Assembly (NCBI GenBank): GCA_036012755.1
Contig: DASCPX010000009.1
Span: 64,001 to 128,000 of the forward strand
Direction of reading: 5' to 3'
DNA from: Myxococcota bacterium
GTDB taxonomy: Bacteria > Myxococcota_A > UBA796 > CAJQPC01
Length of the DNA: 64,000 nucleotides
Under the pieces are notes generated by a model. That model was not told the DNA's origin and searched no databases. It saw only the letters and a program-made list of their open reading frames with translations. A program made the translations under genes and the position numbers. Below, in pieces: positions 10,031-19,742 of this stretch (positions are counted from its first letter, which is position 1; every line of letters begins with the position of its first letter).

Positions 10031-11860
10031 CTAAAACGCCGTGGGCAAGACGACGAGTCGACCGTCGGCTGGTGAACCGACGACGAGGTCCAAAGAGCCG
10101 TCCCCGTCGACATCTCCGATGGCCGCGCTCGCCCCGAACTCGGCCCCACCGAGGACCGTGGCCTCGGCGTCCACGGGGAGCGTGGTGGAGCGCGAAGCCA
10201 GGCCTTCGCCCAGGAAGACGTAGACCTCCTGGCCGTCCGGGTCGCCCACGACGAGATCACCCCGCCCGTTGGCGTCGAGATCGCCGGTCCCGACGATGTC
10301 CCAGTCCCGGGCGCTGGACCGGTCGAGCTCGATGCGGTCGTCGATCAGGGTCGCGGGCTTGCTGAAGAAGGTCCCGTCGGTCGGCACGAGGTGGACGCGC
10401 GTGGTGCCGGAGTCCTGGCTGACCACAGCGAGGTCGTCGCTGCCGTCCCCGTCGTAGTCGCTCACCACGGTCAGCTGCTGGCCGAAGCGCCAGTTGCTCT
10501 TGTCGCCCTTCACGCTGCTGATGTCGTCGACATCGACCACGGAGGATGCGCCGAAGGTCGAGCCGTCGAGCACGTAGATGGCACCCCCGTCGGGCTTGGA
10601 CACCTGGTCGTCCGGCGCGCCCATGACAAGGTCATCGACCCCGTCACCGTCGACGTCGAGGACCGCGAGCGCGGCGCCGAGCCCGTCCACCCCGCTGTCG
10701 GCGTCGTAGACCTTGACCACGAAGTCCTTTTCCAGGTCCGAGGTACCCGCCAGGTCCGCCTCCAGCATGAAGACGACCCCCTGGTCGCCCTGCCCCGAAG
10801 CCGAGCCGACGGCGACGTACCCGCCGAAGAGTGCGAGGTCGCCGTCCACCGCGAAGGCGGACTCGAAGAGCCCATCGGCTGCGCTGGCAGAGCCGGTCCC
10901 CTCGACGAGGCCGTCGTCGAGCAGCCAGACCGCGCGGTCGCCCGGAGCCGAGACAGCCAGCTCCTGCTTGCCGTCGCCGTCGAGATCGGCGACGAGGAGT
11001 GCAAAGCCGAGCCCCTGGTTCGCGCCGCTGGGCTGGAGCGACAAGCCCGCCTCGTTCAACCCGAGGCTGCCCCCAGGACGCCCGGCGATGTCCGCGCCGT
11101 CCCACCGCGCGAGGTAGCCGCCGCCGCCAAAGACGCCGCCGTAGTCCGGCAGCGTGGCGAAGACCTCTGCTCCGGCGTCGCCGTCGACCTCCGCGACGAC
11201 GAGCTGGCGGCCGAGATCCCCCGTCGTGGTCGCCTTGATCTCGACCGTGTCGGCGATGGCGGTCCAGTCCCCGTCCTCGGTGCTGTCGCAGTCGTTGTCG
11301 ATGCCGTCGACGATCTCGTCGGCGCTGGAGTTGATCGCCCCGTCCTCGTCCTCGCAGTCGAGGTCCTCGACGTCGTCGCAAGGATCGAAGCCCTGGGACT
11401 TGTAGGTGTCGTTCTCGTAGTCGCCGGTTTGGGTCTCGGACTTGGGGATGCCCTCGCCGTCTCCGTCGGCGTCGTAGTCGCAGGCCCGATCGCAGTCCTG
11501 GTCGACGCCGTCGTAGAACTCCTCGGTCCCGTCTGGGTTCACGAGGTGGTCGTCATCGTCGCAGTCGTCGCCGGTCGGGTCCCACCTCTCGCTGCGGAAG
11601 CCGTCCAGATCCTGGTCCATGTCGTTGTCGTCGCAGTCCTGGTCCGTGCCGTCGTACCAGATCTCGTCCCGGCCCGGGTTCACCGCCGCGTTGTCGTCGT
11701 CGCAGTCGACGTCGTCGGTGTAGCCGTCGTGGTCATTGTCCTCGGGCTGCGGTTCATCGCTGTCCGGGATCTCGGTGTCGCTGTCGTCCGTCCCGATGCT
11801 CCCTGTGTCGTAGACCACCACCGGTGACGGGCAGCCCAGGAGCCACAGCATCAGCGTCAT
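10031..11860 (-). CDS. Lipoprotein with MopE-like/putative metal-binding repeats and FG-GAP (integrin alpha-like) repeats
   Basis: LLGC lipobox; repeated DCDD...NPG..E.wYDG.DQDCD units; DLDGDG..EL and DVDGDG.DDLVMGAP repeats; GGAGG RBS. Confidence 0.85.
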   Translation of the reverse strand: MTLMLWLLGCPSPVVVYDTGSIGTDDSDTEIPDSDEPQPEDNDHDGYTDDVDCDDDNAAVNPGRDEIWYDGTDQDCDDNDMDQDLDGFRSERWDPTGDDCDDDDHLVNPDGTEEFYDGVDQDCDRACDYDADGDGEGIPKSETQTGDYENDTYKSQGFDPCDDVEDLDCEDEDGAINSSADEIVDGIDNDCDSTEDGDWTAIADTVEIKATTTGDLGRQLVVAEVDGDAGAEVFATLPDYGGVFGGGGYLARWDGADIAGRPGGSLGLNEAGLSLQPSGANQGLGFALLVADLDGDGKQELAVSAPGDRAVWLLDDGLVEGTGSASAADGLFESAFAVDGDLALFGGYVAVGSASGQGDQGVVFMLEADLAGTSDLEKDFVVKVYDADSGVDGLGAALAVLDVDGDGVDDLVMGAPDDQVSKPDGGAIYVLDGSTFGASSVVDVDDISSVKGDKSNWRFGQQLTVVSDYDGDGSDDLAVVSQDSGTTRVHLVPTDGTFFSKPATLIDDRIELDRSSARDWDIVGTGDLDANGRGDLVVGDPDGQEVYVFLGEGLASRSTTLPVDAEATVLGGAEFGASAAIGDVDGDGSLDLVVGSPADGRLVVLPTAF

Positions 11861-11921
11861 CGGTCCTCCGAGGCACGCATCGTAGCCGAGCCGCTATACG
11901 ATGGCGTCAGAGCGAGGACTG

Positions 11922-12560
11922 ATGATTCGAGATCGACTCAAGGGTGCCCTGCGCAAGGTGGCGCTGAAGGCCTTCGGCATGGAGCGCGAGGCATCCGACC
12001 GGACCACGGAGAAGACCAGGGGCTCGACGGAGTACGACCCCTCGAAGATCCCCAAGATCGTCAGCGGTAGCGGAGACATGCCCCTGGCCACCGATCAGGA
12101 GCTCATCGGCAGCACCTACCTCGCAGCGCAGCTGATCGGCGGCGTGCCCGGGACCATCATCGACACCCGGCCACCCGAGGAGTGGATGGCCGGCCACATC
12201 CCGGGAGCGCTCCTTCTCCCGGGGGACCAGATCCGGGGCCGGCCCGAGCTGTTGCCGGGGCCCTCCGACCGCATCAGCGTCTACGACGCCACGGGCGAGC
12301 AAGGCGCCTTCGGCGTTGCGGAGAAGCTGCGTGAGCAGGGCTTCCGGGTCTGCCGGTCCCTTCAGTCGGGCTGGGCCGGCTGGATCGAGCACGGCGAGCC
12401 CGTCGAGAAGCCGGAGGCCCGGGCCGGACACAACCTGGGTGACTCGGTCGAGACCAACGACGGGCGCCGAGGGGTCATCCAGGGATTCGGGCAAGGCACC
12501 GTCGATCTGCTCTGCGAGGACGGACCGGCGTTGGGAGTGGCCGAGGCCGAGCTGAAGTGA
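11922..12560 (+). CDS. Rhodanese-like domain protein (active-site Cys replaced by Asp)
   Basis: IDTRPPEEWMAGHIPGA and LQSGWAGW motifs; YDATG at the active-site loop. Start is 11922 (GAGGA just upstream) or 11901. Confidence 0.8.
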   Translation: MIRDRLKGALRKVALKAFGMEREASDRTTEKTRGSTEYDPSKIPKIVSGSGDMPLATDQELIGSTYLAAQLIGGVPGTIIDTRPPEEWMAGHIPGALLLPGDQIRGRPELLPGPSDRISVYDATGEQGAFGVAEKLREQGFRVCRSLQSGWAGWIEHGEPVEKPEARAGHNLGDSVETNDGRRGVIQGFGQGTVDLLCEDGPALGVAEAELK

Positions 12561-13117
12561 TCCTCCTGGCCTCTGCCTGCTCCACGACCCAAGCGGGCCC
12601 GATCCTCTTCGCGGCAGCGTCCACCCGCGTGGCGGTCGAGGAGGCGCTGTCGGACTGGGAGGGCCCGCCGGTCAGGGCGTCCTACGCCGCCAGCTCGATG
12701 CTGGGACGGCAGATCGAGGCCGGCGCTCCGGCGGACGTCTTCCTCAGCGCGCACCCGGAGTGGCTCGAGGGCGAGGTCTTCCTGCGCAACGAGATGGTGC
12801 TCGTAGGGACCATCACCGACTGCGTCATCGTCGCGGACGAGCATGTTCCGGCTGGAACGTACGCGCGCCAGGGGCTCGGAGAGCAGAGCTACGTCTCGGC
12901 CGCCGACGCCTCCGCGGTCGTGGTGATGTACGAACAGGCCCACTGCAGCGCCGCGGCCATCTACCGCACCGATCTCCAGGAGCCCTGGGAGGTGACCAGG
13001 GTCCTCGCCACCGAGCCCATCGAGTACCCGATGGCGGCGCTGACACCGGAGGGTGAGCGGCTCGAGGCTCACCTCCGGGCCCGACACGAGGTCTTCGTGG
13101 AGCACGGCTTCCGCTGA
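12557..13117 (+). CDS. modA: Compact ModA-like molybdate-binding lipoprotein
   Basis: FAAAS, SYAASSMLGRQIEAGAPADVFLSA, VPAGTYA, IYRTD, IEYP, HGF terminus. Confidence 0.75.
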   Translation: MILLASACSTTQAGPILFAAASTRVAVEEALSDWEGPPVRASYAASSMLGRQIEAGAPADVFLSAHPEWLEGEVFLRNEMVLVGTITDCVIVADEHVPAGTYARQGLGEQSYVSAADASAVVVMYEQAHCSAAAIYRTDLQEPWEVTRVLATEPIEYPMAALTPEGERLEAHLRARHEVFVEHGFR

Positions 13118-15606
13118 GGTGGCTCGCGCTGGTCGGCGTGGTCTCCGCGGGCGCACTGCTGGCGGTCGAGCCACCCGCCGCTCCGGGCCGCGCCGTGGTC
13201 TCCGAGCCCAGCCTCGCCGATGCCGTCGCGGCCTTCGAGCGGGGGGACGACCTGCTCGCCATCGCCTCGCTGGAGGCCTGGCTCGAGGGGGACCAGGGTC
13301 CCTGGGGTAGAGAGCGCGACGCCGGTCGCTTCCTCCTCGGCTGGCTGCACATGGAAGAGGGCAACCACAACCTCGCCAGCGAGCAGTTCACCAGGGTCCG
13401 CGCTGCCGGCGGGCCCCTCGCCGTCTACGCGGCCTTCTACGAGGCCCAGGAGGATCACCGGCGGGGCCGCCACAGGGTCGCGGCCTCCGAGTGCAAGACC
13501 TACCGCGCCACCTGGCCAGAGGGTCCTCATGCCGACGCCTGCCTGATCCTGATGGGCGATGCCTACGTCGCAGCCGGCCTCCGCGCCCCCGCGCTCGGGG
13601 CCTACCAGGCCTTCCTCGACGAGAACCCCGGCACGCCGAGAGAGGAGGAGATCGCGCTCGGCATGGCCCTGGCAGAGGCCAACGTGAACCCTGGAAAGGG
13701 CGCCCGCGGACTGAAACAGCTCACCCTCGAGCACGACTTCCTCTGCACCGCATCGGCCGCCCAGACGGAGCTCGACGCGCTGCTCGATCTCCACGATCTG
13801 TCCGAGCCCGAGGTCGACGCGCTGCTCGCCGCCCAGCTCCTGGCGATGTCCCAGCGAGACGGCGGCTTCGGTCCCCAGGCCTGGGAGGCCTACCAGGACA
13901 TCCTCGCCACCTGGCCAGAGGACGCCAGCGAGTGGGGGACAGGGACCTGGGAGCGCTTCTGCTGGCGCACCCACCGCTACGGCGATCTCGGAGACGCCTT
14001 CGCCGGTCAGTACGAGAAGACCAAGGACGGCGAGGACGCCTGGTTCGCCTTCAGGGCCTACTTCCGGGGGGGCGACTTCGTGCAGAGCGCGAAGTGGGGC
14101 GAGGTCGGAATGGCCAAGCACTCCTCGCATCGGCGCTGGCGGCGCTCGCGGGACGTCGTCGCCCACAGCCAGCAGCTCGCCGGGAACTACCCGAGGGCCC
14201 GCGAGCACTGGGACATCCTCGCTCGGACCGGGGGCTCGCTGGGACGCGGGGCCGAGTGGTTCGCGGCCTTCTCCGCCTACCGCGCCGGGGAGTACGAAGA
14301 CGCGCTCACCCGCTTGGACGCAGTGGTGGCCGCCGGGGACGAGCGCGAGCTGCAGGGGCTCTACTACCGCGGAAAGACGAAGTCCAAGCTCGGCGACCGC
14401 GAGGGCGCGCAGAAGGACTGGCGGCTCATCCTCGATGGACACTCCAGCAGCTGGTATGGGCTCTTGCTGCGCTCGAAGTGGCGCAAGCTCCCGGATCCCG
14501 CGGCCCGAGACGGCGGCTGGTCGGACGTTCCCAGCCCGCCAGAGCCGAGCTCGTCCCCCTCCCCCTCGTTGGCCCGTGTGCCTCTCGTGGACCTCGGCGA
14601 GCCGGGGGGCGCTCCACCTCCTCGGGAGTTCTCGTGGGCGTCGTCCAGCCGAGAGGACACAGAAGCGCCCACCACCCTGGTGGCTGGTGGTCCCCTCGGG
14701 GCCCTCGAGCTCATCGATCCCTACGAAGCGGGCCGCTGGTACGACCCGGCTCGTCAGGAGGAGGCCTTCCGCGACTTCGCCAGGACCTACGAGTCCATCT
14801 GGCCCCACCTCCCCGCCGCATACGACCTCGCCGGAGTCGGCCTCTACGAGATCGCGGGCGAGTACGTCGCCGACTGCTACGACGAGTACCAGTGGGCCGC
14901 AGGAAAGCGGACCGAGCGCCAACGCCTGGTCCGGACGGTGGCGATCCCGAAGTCCAAGTGGCGCGAGATCTTCCTCTACGTCCAGGACCACCACCACGTC
15001 GCCCGCTTCTCGATGGGCCTGGCGCCGGCGGCGCCGACACCCGAGGAGTGGACCAAGGCCATGCGCCTGGCCCACCCGGCGGCCCACCGCGCGACGGTCA
15101 CAGCGTGGTCGCGGGAGCACGACCTCGACCCGCTGCTTGCGCTTGGTCTCATGCGTCGGGAGAGCCTCTACCGGAGCACCGCGCTGAGCCACGCCGGGGC
15201 GGTGGGGGTCATGCAGATCATGCCGCTCACCGGATCTCGCGTGGCCTGGATGCTCGGTGAGCCCCGCTACACCCCGGCGGACCTGGAGGACCCCTCGATC
15301 AACATCCGCTACGGCACCTTCTACCTCTCGAAGCTCCGCGAGCGCTTCGATGGCAACTGGCCCCAGGCGGTCGCGGCCTACAACGGCGGCCCCGTGCACG
15401 TGAGCTCCTGGAGCCGCAGCTGGCAGGGCCGCATCGACACCGACGACTGGGTCGAGCAGATCCCCTTGAAAGAGACCCGCACCTATGTGAAAGGCGTCGC
15501 AGAGAACTACGCGGTCTATGTCAGGCTCTATGGCCCCGCAGACGCCGTGGTCCACGTGCCCTTCGACCTGTCTGACGACGATGACCCGGGAGTGATCGAT
15601 TTCTAG
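13114..15606 (+). CDS. Soluble lytic transglycosylase (TPR-like N-terminus plus SLT domain)
   Basis: LMRRESLY, SHAGAVGVMQIMP, AAYNGGP, ETRTYVKGV. Start uncertain: CTG at 13114 overlapping the upstream TGA, or GTG at 13138. Confidence 0.88.
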   Translation: MRWLALVGVVSAGALLAVEPPAAPGRAVVSEPSLADAVAAFERGDDLLAIASLEAWLEGDQGPWGRERDAGRFLLGWLHMEEGNHNLASEQFTRVRAAGGPLAVYAAFYEAQEDHRRGRHRVAASECKTYRATWPEGPHADACLILMGDAYVAAGLRAPALGAYQAFLDENPGTPREEEIALGMALAEANVNPGKGARGLKQLTLEHDFLCTASAAQTELDALLDLHDLSEPEVDALLAAQLLAMSQRDGGFGPQAWEAYQDILATWPEDASEWGTGTWERFCWRTHRYGDLGDAFAGQYEKTKDGEDAWFAFRAYFRGGDFVQSAKWGEVGMAKHSSHRRWRRSRDVVAHSQQLAGNYPRAREHWDILARTGGSLGRGAEWFAAFSAYRAGEYEDALTRLDAVVAAGDERELQGLYYRGKTKSKLGDREGAQKDWRLILDGHSSSWYGLLLRSKWRKLPDPAARDGGWSDVPSPPEPSSSPSPSLARVPLVDLGEPGGAPPPREFSWASSSREDTEAPTTLVAGGPLGALELIDPYEAGRWYDPARQEEAFRDFARTYESIWPHLPAAYDLAGVGLYEIAGEYVADCYDEYQWAAGKRTERQRLVRTVAIPKSKWREIFLYVQDHHHVARFSMGLAPAAPTPEEWTKAMRLAHPAAHRATVTAWSREHDLDPLLALGLMRRESLYRSTALSHAGAVGVMQIMPLTGSRVAWMLGEPRYTPADLEDPSINIRYGTFYLSKLRERFDGNWPQAVAAYNGGPVHVSSWSRSWQGRIDTDDWVEQIPLKETRTYVKGVAENYAVYVRLYGPADAVVHVPFDLSDDDDPGVIDF

Positions 15607-16741
15607 CTGGCTGTCACTGCTGCTCTGCGCCGGACGCTTCTCGCGCGAGGTCGCGGAACCCCCACCGCCGGACCCGACGCCGATCGCCGAGACCGCGGTG
15701 GCGGACAAAGCGCCCAGGGCTCCGGCGCTCTTCCCGGAGCTTCCGGTCTCGCTCGACGAGCTGCCGGAGGGGCTGCACTCGCTCTCGGCCCAGGGCTGCA
15801 ACGCCTGCCACTACGAGGTCCACGACGGCTGGGCCGAGTCCGACCACGCGAACTCGGCCCTGGCGATCCCAAACGCCTCGCCCCTGTGCACGAGCTGCCA
15901 CCTGCCCCTGCAAAGCCAGCAGTCGGTGCTCCTCGAGGAGTACGGCGGGGGCGCCCTGAACACGGCGATCACCAAGGAAAACCCCCACTGGGACGCGACC
16001 CTGGCCAGCGAGGGCGTCACCTGCGCCGCCTGCCACGTGCGCGAGGACGTCGTCGTCGGAACCAGGCCCGCGCCCGGCGCCCCCCACCCCGTCGCGGTGA
16101 GCGACGAGCTGTCCTCTTCAGAGGTGTGCTCGGCCTGCCACCAGCTGACGACGCCGGGGGCCAGCGAGCCGCTCTACGACACCTATGGCGAGTGGTCCCG
16201 GTCACAGTTCCCGGCGGTCGGCGTGCGCTGCCAGGACTGCCACATGCCACCCCGGAGCGGGCTCGTGACCGCTGGACGCTACGAGGCCCACGCGGACCAT
16301 GCCCTGAGCTCGGAGCTCTCCCGGGCGGTCTCGATCTTCCTCACCACGCCGCCGGTCCTCCAGCGGGGTGAGCCAGTCGAGCTGGACTTGGTCATCACCA
16401 ACACCGGCGCGGGCCACTCGGTGCCCACCGGCTCACCCTTCGTCGGCCTCCGCCTGGAGGTCCAGGTCGTCCTCGATGCAGACGACGAAGAGACCGGCGA
16501 AGCCCTCGGCGACCCCTTCCAGCACATGCTCCAGCGCCACGTCTCCCCCGACCCGCCGTACGCGATCGGCGAGGACACACGCCTCCACGCGGGGGCGTCG
16601 TTGGAGCTCACTCCGGTGCTCGATCTGCCCTACGACGGCGGAAGCGGTCCCGGTGCCGTCGAGGTTCGCCTCGTCCGCGTGGCCGGTGACGGCTCGGAAG
16701 AAGTGGAGCACATCCGGCGCTTTGTGGTCGAGGTCCGATAG
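15599..16741 (+). CDS. Multiheme (pentaheme) cytochrome c
   Basis: Five CxxCH motifs (CNACH, CTSCH, CAACH, CSACH, CQDCH) and NTGAGHSVPTG. Start uncertain: first standard start is GTG 15698, but a hydrophobic in-frame leader runs back to ATT 15599. Confidence 0.85.
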   Translation: MSSWLSLLLCAGRFSREVAEPPPPDPTPIAETAVADKAPRAPALFPELPVSLDELPEGLHSLSAQGCNACHYEVHDGWAESDHANSALAIPNASPLCTSCHLPLQSQQSVLLEEYGGGALNTAITKENPHWDATLASEGVTCAACHVREDVVVGTRPAPGAPHPVAVSDELSSSEVCSACHQLTTPGASEPLYDTYGEWSRSQFPAVGVRCQDCHMPPRSGLVTAGRYEAHADHALSSELSRAVSIFLTTPPVLQRGEPVELDLVITNTGAGHSVPTGSPFVGLRLEVQVVLDADDEETGEALGDPFQHMLQRHVSPDPPYAIGEDTRLHAGASLELTPVLDLPYDGGSGPGAVEVRLVRVAGDGSEEVEHIRRFVVEVR

Positions 16742-16750
16742 GATCCCGCA

Positions 16751-17959
16751 ATGATCCGACACGCCGCACTGACCGACGACGGCAAGCGCCGCGACCACAA
16801 CGAAGACGCATTCCTCGCCCTGCCGGAGCACGGGGTCTTCCTCGTCGCTGACGGGGTCGGAGGTCGGGCCTGCGGCGAGGTCGCCGCCGCGATGACCGTC
16901 GACACCTTCCAGGAGGCAGCGGTCGACCTGCGGGACGCCGTGGCCCTCTACACGGACAACCCCAGCCGCCCGACGCGCAACAAGGTGCTCGAGAGACTGA
17001 CAGAGGTCTGCCAGCAGGCCTCGCGCTCGGTCTACGAGGCCGCAGAGGCCGAGAGCCGCCGCGGCATGACGACCACGCTCGTGGCCTGCGCCGTCGGCGG
17101 CGGCGCCATCTTCCTCGCCCACGTCGGTGACTCCCGCGCCTACCTCCTGCGCGAGGGCGAGCTCCTCCAGCTCTCTGACGACCACTCGATGGTCAACGAG
17201 CTCGTCCGTACCGGGCAGATGACCTACGAGGAGGCCAAGCGGAGCCGCTACCGCAACGTCATCACTCGGGCCATCGGGCTCCAGCCCTCGGTCCAGCCGG
17301 ACGTTGCCGCGGTAGAGGTCCTCCCGGGGGACCGGCTCCTGCTCTGCTCCGACGGGCTCTCCGATCCGGTGCCGGCCATGGACGTCTGCCGGCTCCTGTC
17401 GAGCGGAACCCCTGCGCAGGCGACCCAGGCGCTCCTCCAGGAAGCCCTCGACAACGGCGGGCCCGACAACATCACGGTGCTGGTCGTGGACCCGGACGCC
17501 TCACCCCAGGCCGAGGCCGCCGCAGCCCGAGCCGAGGTCATGGCTCAGCTCTTCCTCTTCTCCGATCTGCCCTTCCACGCTCGCGCCCGCGTCGGCCGCA
17601 TGGTCAGCGAGGTCTTCACGACCCCCGGCGACCTCGTCGTCGACCAGGGAGACGCGGGACGCGCGATGTACGTCGTCGTGCAGGGCGAGCACGAGGTCGT
17701 CCGCGACAACGTGGTGCTGGCCACCCTCGGCCCCGGCGAGCACTTCGGCGAGCTTGCGCTGGTCGACGCCCAGCCGCGCAGCGCCTCCGTACGCAGCAAG
17801 CACTACGGCTCGCTGATCACCATCGAGCGCTCGGCGCTGGACGACTTCTGCCGCAGAGAGCCCGAGCTCGGCAGCCTCGTGCTGTGGAAGTTGCTGGGCA
17901 CCGTGAGCGCGCGCCTGCGCGGCGCGTCCGAGCGCATCGCCGACCTCGAGAACGAGTGA
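16751..17959 (+). CDS. PP2C-type Ser/Thr phosphatase fused to a cyclic-nucleotide-binding domain
   Basis: RDHNED, VADGVGG, HVGDSRAY, LCSDGL, GGPDNIT; C-terminal FGELAL...PRSASV. Confidence 0.92.
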   Translation: MIRHAALTDDGKRRDHNEDAFLALPEHGVFLVADGVGGRACGEVAAAMTVDTFQEAAVDLRDAVALYTDNPSRPTRNKVLERLTEVCQQASRSVYEAAEAESRRGMTTTLVACAVGGGAIFLAHVGDSRAYLLREGELLQLSDDHSMVNELVRTGQMTYEEAKRSRYRNVITRAIGLQPSVQPDVAAVEVLPGDRLLLCSDGLSDPVPAMDVCRLLSSGTPAQATQALLQEALDNGGPDNITVLVVDPDASPQAEAAAARAEVMAQLFLFSDLPFHARARVGRMVSEVFTTPGDLVVDQGDAGRAMYVVVQGEHEVVRDNVVLATLGPGEHFGELALVDAQPRSASVRSKHYGSLITIERSALDDFCRREPELGSLVLWKLLGTVSARLRGASERIADLENE

Positions 17960-17963
17960 GTTT

Positions 17964-18167
17964 CTGCGGCGATCACTGCGGGTGACCGTCCCTCGCTTGC
18001 CCCGGACACCGCCGGGCGGCGGCAACCGGGCTCGCCGACCTTCGGGTTTGGCAACGCTTCGCCCTGTTGGCCCTTCTCGCAGTGTCCAGACACACCTTCG
18101 TCGGGCCGCCTACCCCGGCGGGCCCGTTTCGGCGCGATCATCCGATCCACCTACGTGATCGCCGCAG
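17964..18167. repeat. 204-bp intergenic element bounded by a 13-bp perfect inverted repeat (MITE-like or structured ncRNA)
   Basis: CTGCGGCGATCAC (17964-17976) and GTGATCGCCGCAG (18155-18167); inner pairing of 18010-18023 with 18105-18120; ACC-TTCG-GGT hairpin at 18038-18047. Confidence 0.6.
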
Positions 18168-18180
18168 TAGATCGGGGCCC

Positions 18181-19020
18181 ATGAAGCTCCGCGTGTCCTG
18201 CTCGCCCGACGCCGACGACCTGTTCATGTTCCGGGCCCTGATGGAGGGTCTCATCGACCCTGGTGGGTTCGAGTGGCAGATCGATACACGGGACACAGAC
18301 GCGCTCAACCGCCTCGCGACGGACGAAGGGCCTGACGTCACGGCGGTGAGCGTCGGCTACTACCCCCGTATTGCCGAACGATATCAGCTCCTTCCGCATG
18401 GCGGCTCTGTCGGCGACGGCTACGGCCCGGTCTTGATCACTCAAGAGCCCCAGGAGCTCTCGGAGCTCGGCGGCGCGCGCATCGGGATCCCTGGCGAGAC
18501 GACCACGGCCTACATGGTGCTGCGACTGATCCTGGAGGACTTCCAGCCATCGGTGGTGCCCATCACCCCGTACTCGGCCATCTTCGATGCCCTCCGTGGA
18601 GGCGACCTCGACGCTGGCCTGGTCATCCACGAAGGCCGCCTCACCTACGAGGAGCTCGGCTTCCACTGCGTCGTCGACATCGGGGCGTGGTGGAAGGAGC
18701 GCACCGGTCTCCCCCTGCCGCTGGGTGGCAACGTCATCTCCCGGCGCCTCGGCGAGGAGCGCATCGCCAGGGCCTCCGCCGTGCTCCGAGCGAGCATCCA
18801 GCACGCCATCGACCACCGGGACGAGGCCATCGCCTGGCTGCTCCGATCCGGAGGGGCGCTCCACAACGCCGAGCGCGTCTCGACCTACCTCGGCATGTAC
18901 GCCAACGCCGAGACCCTGGAGTACTCGGCAGAGGCTCGCTCCGGGATGGTCGAGCTCTACCGCCAGGCGCACGCTGCGGGGCTCTTGCCAGAGCCCGTCG
19001 TAGTCGACTTCGCCCCTTGA
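18181..19020 (+). CDS. mqnD: 1,4-dihydroxy-6-naphthoate synthase (MqnA/MqnD family, futalosine menaquinone pathway)
   Basis: SPDADDLFMF, GDGYGP, IPGETTTA, GLVIHEG, LPLPLGGN, YLGMYAN. Confidence 0.85.
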   Translation: MKLRVSCSPDADDLFMFRALMEGLIDPGGFEWQIDTRDTDALNRLATDEGPDVTAVSVGYYPRIAERYQLLPHGGSVGDGYGPVLITQEPQELSELGGARIGIPGETTTAYMVLRLILEDFQPSVVPITPYSAIFDALRGGDLDAGLVIHEGRLTYEELGFHCVVDIGAWWKERTGLPLPLGGNVISRRLGEERIARASAVLRASIQHAIDHRDEAIAWLLRSGGALHNAERVSTYLGMYANAETLEYSAEARSGMVELYRQAHAAGLLPEPVVVDFAP

Positions 19021-19742
19021 GCGAGCGCACCGTCGATCGGCTCGCCGGCGACTGGATGATCGTGCAGCTGGCCCGCGGCCATCGCTTCTCTGCGGACGAC
19101 ATGCTCACTGCCTGGACGGCGGCTCGGGCGGCGCCGTCGGCGCGGCGGCTGTTGGACCTCGGCAGCGGCATCGGCTCGGTCGGGCTGATGGCGCTCCACC
19201 AGCTGCCGGAGGCGTCGCTGGTGACGGTCGAGGCGCAGGCCGTGAGCTACGAGCTCCAGCTCGAGACCCTGGCCCGCAACGGGCTGCAGCCGCGCGTCCA
19301 CGCGATCCACGGGGACCTCCGGTCGGTGGAGCTCCCTCGCGAGTTCGAGCTCGCGACGGGCTCTCCCCCCTACATCCCAGAGGGCCACGGCGTGCTCCCG
19401 GCCCACCCCCAGAAAGCCGGCGCCCGCTTCGAGCTTCGGGGTGACGTCTTCGACTACTGCAAGGCCGCAGCGAGGGCGCTGGTCGTCGACGGCACCTTCG
19501 TCTTCTGCCACTCGGGGACCGACCCCCGCCCCGAGCGGGCCATCGCAAAGGCGGGTCTCACGCTGGTCCAGCGTCGGGATGTCTTCTTTCGCCACGACAA
19601 GCCCCCGACGGTGGCCTTGTTCACCTGCCGCTGGTCTGGCACGCGCGATGACGCAGAGGCCCTGGTCATCCGAGACGAGACCGGCGCACACACGGCGGAG
19701 TACACAGCGATCCGCCAGGCCTTTAGGCTGTCAGGGTGCTGA
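19017..19742 (+). CDS. SAM-dependent methyltransferase, tRNA1(Val) A37-N6 (TrmN6/YfiC)-like
   Basis: GHRFSADD, LDLGSGIG, GSPPY, ARFE; TTG start overlaps the upstream TGA. Confidence 0.78.
   Translation: MSERTVDRLAGDWMIVQLARGHRFSADDMLTAWTAARAAPSARRLLDLGSGIGSVGLMALHQLPEASLVTVEAQAVSYELQLETLARNGLQPRVHAIHGDLRSVELPREFELATGSPPYIPEGHGVLPAHPQKAGARFELRGDVFDYCKAAARALVVDGTFVFCHSGTDPRPERAIAKAGLTLVQRRDVFFRHDKPPTVALFTCRWSGTRDDAEALVIRDETGAHTAEYTAIRQAFRLSGC

Noticed and set aside
15581..15595. Second Sec codon (in-frame ATG ACC CGG GAG TGA ahead of the cytochrome)
   Set aside because: It is not in a redox motif, lies in a would-be leader inside the SLT gene, and I saw no convincing SECIS.
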